Positions 1-8,674 of a DNA stretch of 32,000 nt are shown piece by piece. Origin of the DNA: Waltera acetigignens (GTDB lineage: Bacteria; Bacillota; Clostridia; Lachnospirales; Lachnospiraceae); assembly GCF_025567015.1 (NCBI RefSeq), contig NZ_JAOQJO010000022.1:28425-60424 (forward strand), read 5' to 3'. A model generated the notes under the pieces. That model searched no databases. It was given only the letters and a program-made list of their open reading frames with translations, and had not been told where the DNA came from. The translations under genes and the position numbers were made by a program. Each line of letters starts with the position of its first letter. Positions within the stretch are counted from its first letter, which is position 1.

Positions 1-23
1 GGGGCGGAAAGGAATGGAAGAAA

Positions 24-941
24 ATGAATTTTGATGACATCGTAGCAAAAGTAAAAGAGTGTGGGAAGAAGACCGTCGCAGTCTCCGTTGCACAGGACAG
101 TGCAGTACTGGAAGCTGTACATGAGGCCAAGAGACTGGGCATTGCAGATGCAATCCTGGTAGGTGATGAGGCAAAGATCCGTGAGATTGCAGCCGGACTG
201 AATATGGACCTCTCCGATTATGAGATCATCAATGAGCCGGATATGATCGAAGCTTCCCTGAAAGCTGTAAAGCTGGCACATGACGGCCGTGCAGATATGT
301 ATATGAAGGGCCTGATCGACTCCAAGAACTTCTTAAAGAGCGTACTGAACAAAGAAGTAGGCCTTCGTACCGGTGGAACCCTGTCTCATGTATGTGTATT
401 TGAGATTCCCGGCATTGACAGACTTCTGTTCCTGACCGATGTTGCATTCATGACCTATCCTACACTGGAGGAGAAGGTTCAGATCATCAAGAACACAATT
501 CCGGTATGTAATGCCTGCGGCGTTGCAGAGCCTAAGGTAGCACCTTTAGCAGCAGTTGAGGTTGTAAATCCCAAGATGCCCGTTACCGTAGATGCGGCAG
601 AACTGACTAAGATGTGTGAAGAAGGACAGATCCCCGGCTGTATCGTAGACGGCCCGCTGTCTCTTGACCTGGCGATCGATCCCGAGGCAGCCAAGCATAA
701 GGGAGCTACCGACCGTAAGATCCAGGGTGATGCAGATGTATTGCTGTTCCCGGATATCCATGCCGGCAACCTGGTATACAAAGCAATCGTACATATGGTA
801 AAAGTAAAGAACGGATGCATCCTGACCGGTACCAAGGTACCCGTAGTCCTGACCAGCCGTTCCGATACCTTCGAGACCAAGGTATACTCCCTGGCACTGG
901 CTGCAGTTGTAGCAGAAGAGATGAAAAAGAATCAGAAATAA
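24..941 (+). CDS. ptb: phosphate butyryltransferase (phosphotransacylase family)
   Basis: Complete 305-aa ORF whose overall sequence resembles clostridial Ptb (MNFDDI...VAV..AQD..VLEAV..A...GIA..ILVGD; DGPLSLD). It lies directly upstream of butyrate kinase, as in ptb-buk operons. A purine-rich RBS region (ggaaaggaatggaag) precedes the ATG. Confidence 0.85.
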   Translation: MNFDDIVAKVKECGKKTVAVSVAQDSAVLEAVHEAKRLGIADAILVGDEAKIREIAAGLNMDLSDYEIINEPDMIEASLKAVKLAHDGRADMYMKGLIDSKNFLKSVLNKEVGLRTGGTLSHVCVFEIPGIDRLLFLTDVAFMTYPTLEEKVQIIKNTIPVCNACGVAEPKVAPLAAVEVVNPKMPVTVDAAELTKMCEEGQIPGCIVDGPLSLDLAIDPEAAKHKGATDRKIQGDADVLLFPDIHAGNLVYKAIVHMVKVKNGCILTGTKVPVVLTSRSDTFETKVYSLALAAVVAEEMKKNQK

Positions 942-1073
942 GCTATGGATATCGTGATCGAAGTCGCTGTGGAAGCTGCGGGAGAACTGCTGTCGGCAGG
1001 TATAGATGCTGTAGTGGACAAAGCGGTAAAGCATAAGAGCGAATATAAGAGTGAATATAGGAGGAAACACACA

Positions 1074-2141
1074 ATGGCAATCAAGAGTCTGATCATCAAC
1101 CCCGGTTCCACCTCCACCAAGATCGGTGTATTTGAGGATGAGAACTTATTATTTGAAGAAACCCTGAGACATTCTACCGAGGAGATCTCCAAATACGATA
1201 CTATTTTCGAACAGAAGGATTTCCGTAAGAAGATCATTACCGATCTGCTGGCAGAGAAGAACTGCGATCTGAAGAGCTTCAACGTGATCGTAGGACGTGG
1301 CGGTCTGTTAAAGCCCATCCCCAGTGGTACCTATGCGGTAACCGATGATCTGCTGGAGGATTTAAAAGTAGGTGTACAGGGTCAGCATGCTTCTAACTTA
1401 GGCGGTATTCTGGCAAGAGAGATCGGTGATGAGATCGGCGTTCCCTCTTACATCGTAGACCCCGTTGTAGTAGATGAGCTGATGCCCATCGCAAGATATT
1501 CCGGTCTGGAAGAGATCCCCAGAGGAAGCATCTTCCATGCCCTGAACCAGAAGGCAGTTGCCAAGAGATATGCAAAAGAGGCCGGCAAGCCTTATGAGTC
1601 CTTACGTCTGGTAGTCGTGCACATGGGCGGCGGTGTATCCGTAGGCGCACATGAGGACGGCAAGGTTGTAGACGTATTCAGTGCATTTGACGGTGATGGT
1701 GCATTCTCTCCGGAGCGTGCAGGCGGTGTGCCTTGTGCAGCACTGGTAAAAATGTGCTTCTCCGGAAAATATACCGAGAAGGAGATCAGTGCAAAGCTGA
1801 TCGGCAAGGGCGGACTGAATTCTTACCTGGGTACCAACGATATGCGTGAAGTTACCAAGCGTGCCAATGAAGGCGATGCCAAGGCAGCGGAGGTGAAGCA
1901 GGCATTCCTGTTACAGGTAGCCAAAGACATCGGTGCTATGGCCTGTGTGCTGAACGGCAAGGTAGACCAGATCGTTATCACCGGAGGCATTGCATATGGT
2001 GAGGATGTAGTGGCTAAGCTGAAAGAGAGATGCGGCTGGATCGCTCCTGTGACCGTATATCCCGGTGAGGACGAGCTGTTAGCTCTGGCTCAGGGCGCTC
2101 TGCGTGTCATGAACGGCGAAGAACAGGTGAAGCAGTACTAA
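1074..2141 (+). CDS. buk: butyrate kinase
   Basis: ASKHA-type N-terminus [15 protein letters not shown], plus [13 protein letters not shown] and ITGGIAYGE motifs. A strong RBS (AGGAGG, 1059-1064) lies 9 nt before the ATG at 1074. The ORF track start at 945 is in frame but has no RBS. Confidence 0.9.
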   Translation: MAIKSLIINPGSTSTKIGVFEDENLLFEETLRHSTEEISKYDTIFEQKDFRKKIITDLLAEKNCDLKSFNVIVGRGGLLKPIPSGTYAVTDDLLEDLKVGVQGQHASNLGGILAREIGDEIGVPSYIVDPVVVDELMPIARYSGLEEIPRGSIFHALNQKAVAKRYAKEAGKPYESLRLVVVHMGGGVSVGAHEDGKVVDVFSAFDGDGAFSPERAGGVPCAALVKMCFSGKYTEKEISAKLIGKGGLNSYLGTNDMREVTKRANEGDAKAAEVKQAFLLQVAKDIGAMACVLNGKVDQIVITGGIAYGEDVVAKLKERCGWIAPVTVYPGEDELLALAQGALRVMNGEEQVKQY

Positions 2142-2160
2142 TTTAGAGTAAAAATATAGA

Positions 2161-2196
2161 ACTCCCGGTGGAATGATTCCATCGGGAGTTTTTTAC
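2161..2196. terminator. Rho-independent terminator after buk, possibly bidirectional (also serving convergent traX)
   Basis: An 11-bp stem (2162-2172 pairs with 2080-2090 style arm at 2180-2190, actcccggtgg/ccatcgggagt, one G:U) has a 7-nt loop. It is followed by TTTTT on the + strand and by a T-run on the - strand a few nt away. Confidence 0.8.
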
Positions 2197-2230
2197 TTTA
2201 GGGAATAGACTTTCTGTCAGCATTATGATT

Positions 2231-2998
2231 TTAACTAAAAATCAGCTTTGACAGAATCCCCAGTACCAGCATGTGTACCGGATAAAAGGCATAGCAGGCA
2301 AGCTGGATCTTACGGTTATGCGCGCCCTGGCGTCCATGGTAGCACCACAGAAGCGGCAGACACAACAGCGCCAGTCCCTGTTCTGAAATCTCGAAGGCAT
2401 GACCGAAAAGCTGTAATGGAATCTGCATTCCTGCCAACAGCATGACATTGATCCAGTAGAGCCCGGCAAACTGTCCGGCAAGCTGCCACCAATTTTTCCC
2501 ATGGAAGAGATAGAATACGATAACAGTCAGAACGCCTTCTCCGTAATAGTCGAACATGAGGAGGGTTGCCAGCACGTAGCCCACTGCAGATAGCAGCAGG
2601 ATCGACGGAATCCACAGCCAGACCGGACATTTTTTCCGTAGGGTATCTATTGCCCAGATACACAGGAAGCCTGTGAGCAGTGTCCAGATCACGTTCTGAT
2701 GAAACGGGTAGAATAACAGCCCACTGTACATCAGATTGATGGGAAGCTCAGAAAGAATGGCCAGAAGAAGCAGGCGCATGCAATATTTTTTCCTATCATG
2801 GGTATGGAAGAAGCCTTCCACCAGAAAAAAGGCGAACATGGGAAATGCCAGTCTGCCGATGCCGGTCAGCCACCAGGCATCTCCGGCGAGGGTAGCCCAC
2901 AGGTGATCACAGAACATGAACGCCATAGCGAGGATATGCAGCGTCAGAGCACTGAGATCCGGTGGGAAAATAGAACAATGGGATACTTTGTTTTGCAA
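2231..2998 (-). CDS. TraX family membrane protein
   Basis: Polytopic hydrophobic protein with a TraX-like N-terminus (LSALTLHILAMAFMFCDHLW; GRLAFPMFAFFLVEGFFHT). I place the start at TTG 2998, preceded by AGGAG (3006-3010). The ATG at 3043 is an alternative. The 536-aa track ORF extending to 3841 is an open antisense frame, not a gene. Confidence 0.7.
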   Translation of the reverse strand: MQNKVSHCSIFPPDLSALTLHILAMAFMFCDHLWATLAGDAWWLTGIGRLAFPMFAFFLVEGFFHTHDRKKYCMRLLLLAILSELPINLMYSGLLFYPFHQNVIWTLLTGFLCIWAIDTLRKKCPVWLWIPSILLLSAVGYVLATLLMFDYYGEGVLTVIVFYLFHGKNWWQLAGQFAGLYWINVMLLAGMQIPLQLFGHAFEISEQGLALLCLPLLWCYHGRQGAHNRKIQLACYAFYPVHMLVLGILSKLIFS

Positions 2999-3190
2999 AA
3001 TAAAACTCCTTTCAAAATTCCTTACGGAAGGATATAGTTGCATTATATCTTGTTTATGCGCTATAGTAAATATATCTGTGAAAGAGTATATGAAATTCCA
3101 ATGATGGCCTACCCGGCATTTATATGCCGCAAAGCCTGTCGGGCGCACAGATATTGACAGAAAAACAAAATGCAGCACAGGAGGAATACA

Positions 3191-3682
3191 ATGCGTCGTA
3201 ACGATCGTGAGATTACAGAATTTTCGGAAATGACAGATGTCATGAAGAGGTGTGATGTGTGCAGACTTGCACTGAATGATGAGGATGGCTATCCGTATCT
3301 TCTGCCGTTGAATTTCGGAATGGAAGAGACGGACGGCAGAGTGACACTCTATTTTCACGGGGCAAAAGAAGGAAAAAAATATGACTTGATCCGTAAGGAT
3401 GTCAGGGCAAGCTTCGAGATGGATTGCTCCCACAGACTGGTGCTGTCGGAGAAAGAAGATGGCTGCCAGTGCACCATGGAATACGAGAGCGTGATCGGTC
3501 AGGGAACTATAGAGATCCTGTCGGATGCGGAAAAACAGAAAGCATTGAATCTTCTGATGAAGCAGTACTATCCTGACAGAACGGAGAATTTCGTATTCCG
3601 ACCGGAAGTCGTAGCCATGACGGAGATATTCTGCCTGAAAGTGGAGCATATGACGGGGAAGAAACGTTTCAAAAAGTCGTAG
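3191..3682 (+). CDS. pyridoxamine 5'-phosphate oxidase family protein (Nim / 5-nitroimidazole-reductase-like)
   Basis: 163 aa beginning MRRNDREI. The pattern C.V..LAL.D.DGYPY..PLNF......LYFHGA..G.K is typical of the COG3467/Nim-like split-barrel family. RBS AGGAGGA lies at 3178-3184. Confidence 0.75.
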   Translation: MRRNDREITEFSEMTDVMKRCDVCRLALNDEDGYPYLLPLNFGMEETDGRVTLYFHGAKEGKKYDLIRKDVRASFEMDCSHRLVLSEKEDGCQCTMEYESVIGQGTIEILSDAEKQKALNLLMKQYYPDRTENFVFRPEVVAMTEIFCLKVEHMTGKKRFKKS

Positions 3683-3760
3683 AAGATATCTTCTATTGAT
3701 ATCCCTACGGGATAGGACAGCAGGAAAATAGAGATAAAATAGAGAGGATGAGGGACAATT

Positions 3761-5293
3761 ATGTATACAGACGGACAGATCTATATGGGCCTGGCAGATG
3801 GTCAGCGTGTGAATATGCCGCTGAATATGAGTAACCGCCATGGACTGATCGCAGGAGCCAGCGGCACCGGCAAGACGATCACTATGAAGGCTATGGCAGA
3901 ATCTTTTTCAGATGCGGGAGTGCCGGTATTTTTGTGTGATGTGAAGGGGGATGTCTCCGGAATTGCCACAGCCGGTGTGGCTTCGGAATCCATGGACAGG
4001 AGGATTGATAAATTCGGTATCCGCAACAGTTTTTCCTATAAGGCTTATCCGGTCTGCTTCTGGGACATCTATCAGGAGGGCGGCCATCCGGTGAGAGCCA
4101 CCATCTCCGATATGGGACCGGAGCTTTTATCTCGTATTCTGGGGCTCACCGCTGCGCAGGAAGGTGTATTGAATATTGTCTTCCGGATCGCGGATGACAA
4201 GGGACTTTTATTGATCGACTTAAAGGATCTGCGTATTCTGCTGAATTATGTGGCAGAACACAAGGATGACTATCTGACCACCTACGGAAGTATCTCCAAG
4301 CAGTCCGTGGGCGGTATTCTGCGGGCGCTACTGCCTCTGGAGAATCAGGGCGGAGATCTCTTTTTCGGAGAACCGGATCTGGATATTTATGACTGGATGC
4401 GTACGGATGTGTACGGCAAAGGTATTGTCAATGTGCTGAACTGCGTAAAACTGGTGCAGAATCCCACACTGTATGCCAGCTTCCTGTTATGGATGATGTC
4501 AGAATTATTCCAGAAGCTTCCCGAGGCGGGAGATCTGGAAAAGCCGAAGCTGGTATTTTTCTTCGATGAGGCACACCTGTTGTTTGCTGATGCACCGAAG
4601 ATACTGGTGCAGAAGATCGAGCAGGTGGTAAAGCTGATCCGTTCCAAGGGCGTGGGTATCTATTTCGTGACCCAGAGCCCCAGTGATATTCCCGATTCCG
4701 TGCTGGCACAGTTAAGCAACCGGGTACAGCATGCCCTCCGGGCGTACACTCCGGCGGAGCAGAAAGCTGTCCGGGCAGCAGCACAGTCCCTGCGGGCCAA
4801 TCCTGCCTTTAAGGCAGAAGAAGTCATCATGGAACTGGGCGTAGGTGAGGCACTGACTTCCTTTCTGGATGAGAACGGCGTGCCCGGCATTGCCCAGCGT
4901 ACCTCCATCATCTGCCCCCAGAGCTTTATGGGACCTGTGAATGAGACGGAGCGCAGGAATCTGATGGCGAGAGACGGCATGGGACGCTACGATGAGGCGG
5001 TGGACAATATTTCTGCCTACGAAGTGTTGACAGATGCCATGGAGCATGAGGCGAAAGCGGCGCAGCTGGCAGCAGAGCGGGCACAGCTGGAAAAAGATAA
5101 GGAAGCGCTGGCAAAGCAGCAGGCAAAACTGCAGGAATCCACCGTAAAGCAGAAGCAGAAGGAATGGGAAGCCGCACAGAAAAAGAAGGAAAAGGCAGCG
5201 GAACGCAGACAGGCCCAGATCGAGCGTCAGCTGATTAACACCGGTGCCCAGGTCATCAAGAGAGGAATTTTGAGTACACTGTTTGGAAAGTAA
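3761..5293 (+). CDS. DUF853 / HerA-like helicase-domain P-loop ATPase (YjgR-like)
   Basis: Walker A GASGTGKT and Walker B-like [12 protein letters not shown], with a charged coiled-coil C-terminal tail ([22 protein letters not shown]...). RBS GAGGGA lies 5 nt before the ATG. Confidence 0.8.
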   Translation: MYTDGQIYMGLADGQRVNMPLNMSNRHGLIAGASGTGKTITMKAMAESFSDAGVPVFLCDVKGDVSGIATAGVASESMDRRIDKFGIRNSFSYKAYPVCFWDIYQEGGHPVRATISDMGPELLSRILGLTAAQEGVLNIVFRIADDKGLLLIDLKDLRILLNYVAEHKDDYLTTYGSISKQSVGGILRALLPLENQGGDLFFGEPDLDIYDWMRTDVYGKGIVNVLNCVKLVQNPTLYASFLLWMMSELFQKLPEAGDLEKPKLVFFFDEAHLLFADAPKILVQKIEQVVKLIRSKGVGIYFVTQSPSDIPDSVLAQLSNRVQHALRAYTPAEQKAVRAAAQSLRANPAFKAEEVIMELGVGEALTSFLDENGVPGIAQRTSIICPQSFMGPVNETERRNLMARDGMGRYDEAVDNISAYEVLTDAMEHEAKAAQLAAERAQLEKDKEALAKQQAKLQESTVKQKQKEWEAAQKKKEKAAERRQAQIERQLINTGAQVIKRGILSTLFGK

Positions 5294-5368
5294 TTAGGAA
5301 TAAAATTCTTTTGATGCTTATTCTGCCATCGTCAGCGGACGGAAAGATTATGCAAAACGATGGAAAGG

Positions 5369-5980
5369 CTAGAATAACTGGAACCAGAGAAAGTGTCCGC
5401 CAAAGATCAGCCAGAGGACGGACAGAACCAACAGCAGAATACAGACGATGGTCTTCGCCGGCTGCCGGGGGCGTCTGCAAAGTAACGGCGGTAGAGCGAT
5501 GGCAAGCAGAAGGATCGGAATCCCGTCCCGGAAAAGCATAAGCCCGATGGCAAAGGCACCCAAAGCCAGGGTGAAGAGTGCTTCGTCTAAATTTGCTTCA
5601 TTTTGTATAAATAAGAACGCACCAGTAAAGAAGAGAAACGCAAGAAGGATCACGGAAAAAATACTAAGACAGAGGATGCGAAGCCATTTCGCGGCTCTGT
5701 CTTTTTTCTGTTGTCTTACCTCGGTGATGACATCGCTCAGGAGTGTATTGGTGTCAGCAGAGGGCAGGGCAATCCGCTCACCGCGACAAAGCTCTTCAAC
5801 CGATACCGACAGCGCAGCCGCCAGATCGTCCAACAGAGAAATGTCGGGGTAAGCATTGCCGGTTTCCCAACGTGAGATTGCCTTGTTCGTGATATGTAAC
5901 TGTTCGGCCAGCTGTTGCTGCGTCATTCCAAGAGCCATCCGCTGTTCTCTGATAAAAGTCCCTATTTTTGTTTTATCCAT
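5369..5980 (-). CDS. XRE-family helix-turn-helix transcriptional regulator with C-terminal transmembrane region
   Basis: N-terminal HTH_3 signature (GMTQQQLAEQLHITNKAISRWETGNAYPD) is followed by 3-4 hydrophobic helices. RBS AGGAGGGG lies just upstream of the ATG at 5980. Confidence 0.85.
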   Translation of the reverse strand: MDKTKIGTFIREQRMALGMTQQQLAEQLHITNKAISRWETGNAYPDISLLDDLAAALSVSVEELCRGERIALPSADTNTLLSDVITEVRQQKKDRAAKWLRILCLSIFSVILLAFLFFTGAFLFIQNEANLDEALFTLALGAFAIGLMLFRDGIPILLLAIALPPLLCRRPRQPAKTIVCILLLVLSVLWLIFGGHFLWFQLF

Positions 5981-6022
5981 GTGCCCCTCCTGATTGTTGC
6001 ATACGAACTGATATTTGATTTC

Positions 6023-6051
6023 AGTATAGAAGAATCAAGGGGAATTGGCAA
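6023..6051 (-). promoter_or_regulatory. sigma-A type promoter of the XRE gene with an overlapping inverted repeat
   Basis: On the minus strand: TTGCCA (6051-6046), 17-nt spacer, TATACT (6028-6023). The inverted repeat TTGATT (6015-6020) / AATCAA (6033-6038) brackets the -10. Confidence 0.55.
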
Positions 6052-6112
6052 TCTACCGAAGCGAGAATGCCGGGAAATTAACTGGAAAGTTAGTAAAGAA
6101 ATGCTATCAAAT

Positions 6113-6307
6113 CCCCGTGGCCCTTGGCAAGGTATAAGAAACGCGGCACGCTCGTACTTTTTTAGTACGATGCGCTCCTGTCGCAGAGCGTAGCGGTACA
6201 TAAGCGGTCACAATACGAACGCAATGCGTCCCTTGGGACGCTATGGTACCGACGTCTGCTTACGGCACTGCTTATTCTTATACCCAGCCGGGGCTACTGG
6301 TTTTTTT
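6113..6307 (+). ncRNA. candidate structured small RNA (unclassified)
   Basis: No credible ORF. A long-range closing helix pairs 6114-6140 with 6275-6300 (10 contiguous bp, ggtataagaa/ttcttatacc, plus flanking pairs). Internal hairpins lie at 6150-6178 and 6226-6241, and a stem pairs 6183-6199 with 6246-6259. The element ends in T7 (6301-6307). G:U pairs favour the + strand. No promoter was identified. Confidence 0.3.
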
Positions 6308-6599
6308 GAAAGCTTTCCAAAACGCAGAACTCCCGGCGTATGCGGTGCCATGTCGAAGATGTTTGTCGGAGGATGTTGATATTTTCTAGAAAAGTGCTGA
6401 AAGGCAGGGGGAAAGCGGACACGATGTACGCGTCAGCCGATTGTCGACATGGATGTCGACTGTAGGCGGCCCCGTCATGACGAGAACTACTCATCACTTT
6501 TCGTAGAAAATTCACATCCGGAGACCTTACATCGAGACATGTGTATCGCATGCTCCGGGAGTTCGTGGATTTTGCCAATGTATTTAACTAACTTTCCAT

Positions 6600-7367
6600 T
6601 TACTTTATTTCCTCCGCAACCAATTCCGCCCACGCCACAGCAAATCCGGCTCTGTGGGCAACCCGTTGGGAGGCAATATGTGACATGCTTGTGCCGTAAT
6701 AGGGAACGGCACCTTGAGCGATGATATCCTGCGCCAGAAGTCTTACCAGAGTAGAACCCACATGCATTCCGACAGCATGGGAATCAACATTGATACCAAT
6801 CTGCCAGAACAGAGGACTGTCGGCACTGGCACCGGCCATGCCAAGGATCTGTCCGTCTTTTGCTGCGGCAATACCCAGAACATCCGGGGCATAGGGATCG
6901 AAGGCAAATGCCTCATCAAAGCGGTTGTCTTCCCGGAACTGCAGAATGGCATTTTGGTCATACCGAATCAAATCGAAGGCGAGAGCATCAGACGCATCTG
7001 GCAAAGGAATGCCAGAGGAAGGCATGACATCGGCTTCCGGCAGAAAAAAAGGATGCGCCTGCGCAACACGGAGGTGGAACGGCAACAGCAGTTCTTCTAT
7101 TTCCCGAAGTCTTTTCGCATCGAAGAACCATTCACCGGTTACATCGGCATAACGCTTTCTACATTCTGCAACAATTTCTTCGGAACCGGTAAATAATAAT
7201 TTCCCATTGACGACAGCAATTTTCAAGCCACGGATCAAAGCCTCCTGAAAGCGGCGGCGTCCTTCCTGTGGAGCATAAATTGAAAAATGGTTCTCCGAAT
7301 CAGCAACATCTGCGGGACTACAGCAGTAATCCAGTGCCAGTTGACGAGACAATTCTTCTCCATACAT
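6600..7367 (-). CDS. GNAT family N-acetyltransferase (two-domain, C-terminal acetyltransferase fold)
   Basis: The C-terminal part (ILGMAGASADSPLFWQIGINV....GMHVGSTLVRLLAQDI...G.VPYYGTS.SHIASQRVAHRAGF) looks GNAT-like. The start was chosen at ATG 7367 with AAAGGAG upstream. ATG 7400 and TTG 7463 are alternatives. Confidence 0.6.
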   Translation of the reverse strand: MYGEELSRQLALDYCCSPADVADSENHFSIYAPQEGRRRFQEALIRGLKIAVVNGKLLFTGSEEIVAECRKRYADVTGEWFFDAKRLREIEELLLPFHLRVAQAHPFFLPEADVMPSSGIPLPDASDALAFDLIRYDQNAILQFREDNRFDEAFAFDPYAPDVLGIAAAKDGQILGMAGASADSPLFWQIGINVDSHAVGMHVGSTLVRLLAQDIIAQGAVPYYGTSMSHIASQRVAHRAGFAVAWAELVAEEIK

Positions 7368-7441
7368 AAATGTCGGAACTCCTTTCACAATGGACCGCAT
7401 CGGACGGTTTGAATGCTCGAAAAAGCATTTCACGCAAAGGT

Positions 7442-8500
7442 TCAGAATGTCTGTGGCTCCCAACCCTTCATCACCCGTTCCACGGTATACTCCGCAGCTT
7501 CCGCATCCGTCAGTTGGTGGGAGAAGTCGGCGCGGGTGGCAGGGGAGGCACCGGGGCCGTAGGAGTTGTATTCTCCGTAGTAGAAGTGGTCGTGGGGCTT
7601 TTTCCAGTCCTGCCAGCCGGCGGGGTGGATATGTGCACCCAGTTCACAGTGCAGGAACACTGTCTTTGCCCATTCTCTCCAGGGACGTCCCAGATAGATG
7701 GAATTGGGCGGGCAGTCGCTCTCTAATTTGCATTCATGGAACACGTAGCCGTAGGGCTCTTCCTGCGGGGTGGAGGCAGCAGTCACATAGCCGTAGATTA
7801 CTTCAGACTCCGGACTTTCCGGTGGAATCCGGTCTCCGGGCAGCTTGGAGAAGATCGTGCAATGCTCAAACCAGGCAATTCCACTGCCGAAGATGAAATC
7901 CACATCACCCTGGATAAAGCAATTTTCATAATAATGGCGTCCTATGGTCCGGGGCTTGAATTCTCCGGGACCCTTGAATCCGCCGGGCTGAGCCTCTTTT
8001 AATGGCAGGGGGGCATCGAAGATCGTATCCTGACTGCCTAAGAACCGGCAGTTATAAAAGGCATTGCGGTCACCGTCCACATAGACGGCCAGTGCCTGCC
8101 CTACGGTGTGGCCGTAGCCGGAATCGTTCTGGAAAGTCAGGTTTCTGGCGGTAAAGTCATGAGTGTCGATCCGGACGGAAGCAGTACGGAAGGTACCTCG
8201 CTTATCCCCCTCCGGCATGAGATCGAAGGCAGCATCTCCATAGACAAGGATCGTCTCGTCACCGCCGGTACCCTCAAAAGTAATATTCGGACGGGTGATT
8301 ACCAGCTTTTCCCGATAAATTCCTTTACCGATATGCAGGATCACCGGCGGCAGCTCTGAAACGGGAGCCGGGAACTGCTTTCCGGATTCTGAGGCAGGAA
8401 CATCCGGCAGGGAAGCCAATGCTTCTCCGATGGTGGCAAAAGAAGTGCCCGGAATTGTATTTCCGGACATATTTACATACAAATGAATTGTGTCTGACAT
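7442..8500 (-). CDS. pectinesterase (carbohydrate esterase family 8)
   Basis: CE8 catalytic motifs are present: GQALAV, GSQDTIF, GDVDFIFG, YLGRPW. There is no N-terminal signal peptide (MSDTIHLYVNMSGNTIPG...). Confidence 0.9.
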   Translation of the reverse strand: MSDTIHLYVNMSGNTIPGTSFATIGEALASLPDVPASESGKQFPAPVSELPPVILHIGKGIYREKLVITRPNITFEGTGGDETILVYGDAAFDLMPEGDKRGTFRTASVRIDTHDFTARNLTFQNDSGYGHTVGQALAVYVDGDRNAFYNCRFLGSQDTIFDAPLPLKEAQPGGFKGPGEFKPRTIGRHYYENCFIQGDVDFIFGSGIAWFEHCTIFSKLPGDRIPPESPESEVIYGYVTAASTPQEEPYGYVFHECKLESDCPPNSIYLGRPWREWAKTVFLHCELGAHIHPAGWQDWKKPHDHFYYGEYNSYGPGASPATRADFSHQLTDAEAAEYTVERVMKGWEPQTF

Positions 8501-8520
8501 AAATAGAATACCTATACCTT

Positions 8521-8595
8521 TCCGTACCTCCGCATTTTCAAGCCCATTTCTCCGCTTTGCTTCGGTCCGTGCTAAACATGTGCCACTGGCACATA
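8521..8595 (-). repeat. intergenic repeat, copy A (same family as 18606-18679)
   Basis: The reverse complement of 8558-8595 is identical over 38 nt to 18606-18643 (tatgtgccagtggcacatgtttagcacggaccgaagc). The next ~35 nt are similar, with a 6-nt indel. Confidence 0.9.
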
Positions 8596-8674
8596 ATATA
8601 TGCTTTAGTGCTTTGTATTATAGTACAATGTGAGGTACAAAATTGTGCGTAAAAAATAATTTTCAAATGATAAC

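Noticed and set aside
945-1073. Annotating buk from the ATG at 945, as in the ORF track.
   Set aside because: There is no SD sequence before 945, whereas a perfect AGGAGG precedes the ATG at 1074. That ATG also aligns with the conserved butyrate kinase N-terminus ([16 protein letters not shown]). The observation is kept as a finding, not as the gene model.
2999-3841. The upstream 280 codons of the 536-aa minus-strand ORF (2231-3841), which would make a giant TraX fusion.
   Set aside because: This part runs antisense through the well-supported PNPOx gene and its promoter region. It has odd composition (His/Phe/Cys/Ile-rich) and no family resemblance. The TraX homology begins only near 2998, where a TTG with AGGAG is available.
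6113-6307. Calling the structured region 6S RNA, SRP RNA, RNase P RNA or tmRNA.
   Set aside because: None of the diagnostic conserved motifs is visible (for example the SRP domain IV GGAA/AGCA symmetric-loop context, the RNase P GAGGAAAGUCC, or a tmRNA tag ORF). The predicted shape is branched rather than the single interrupted hairpin of 6S. It is left unclassified.
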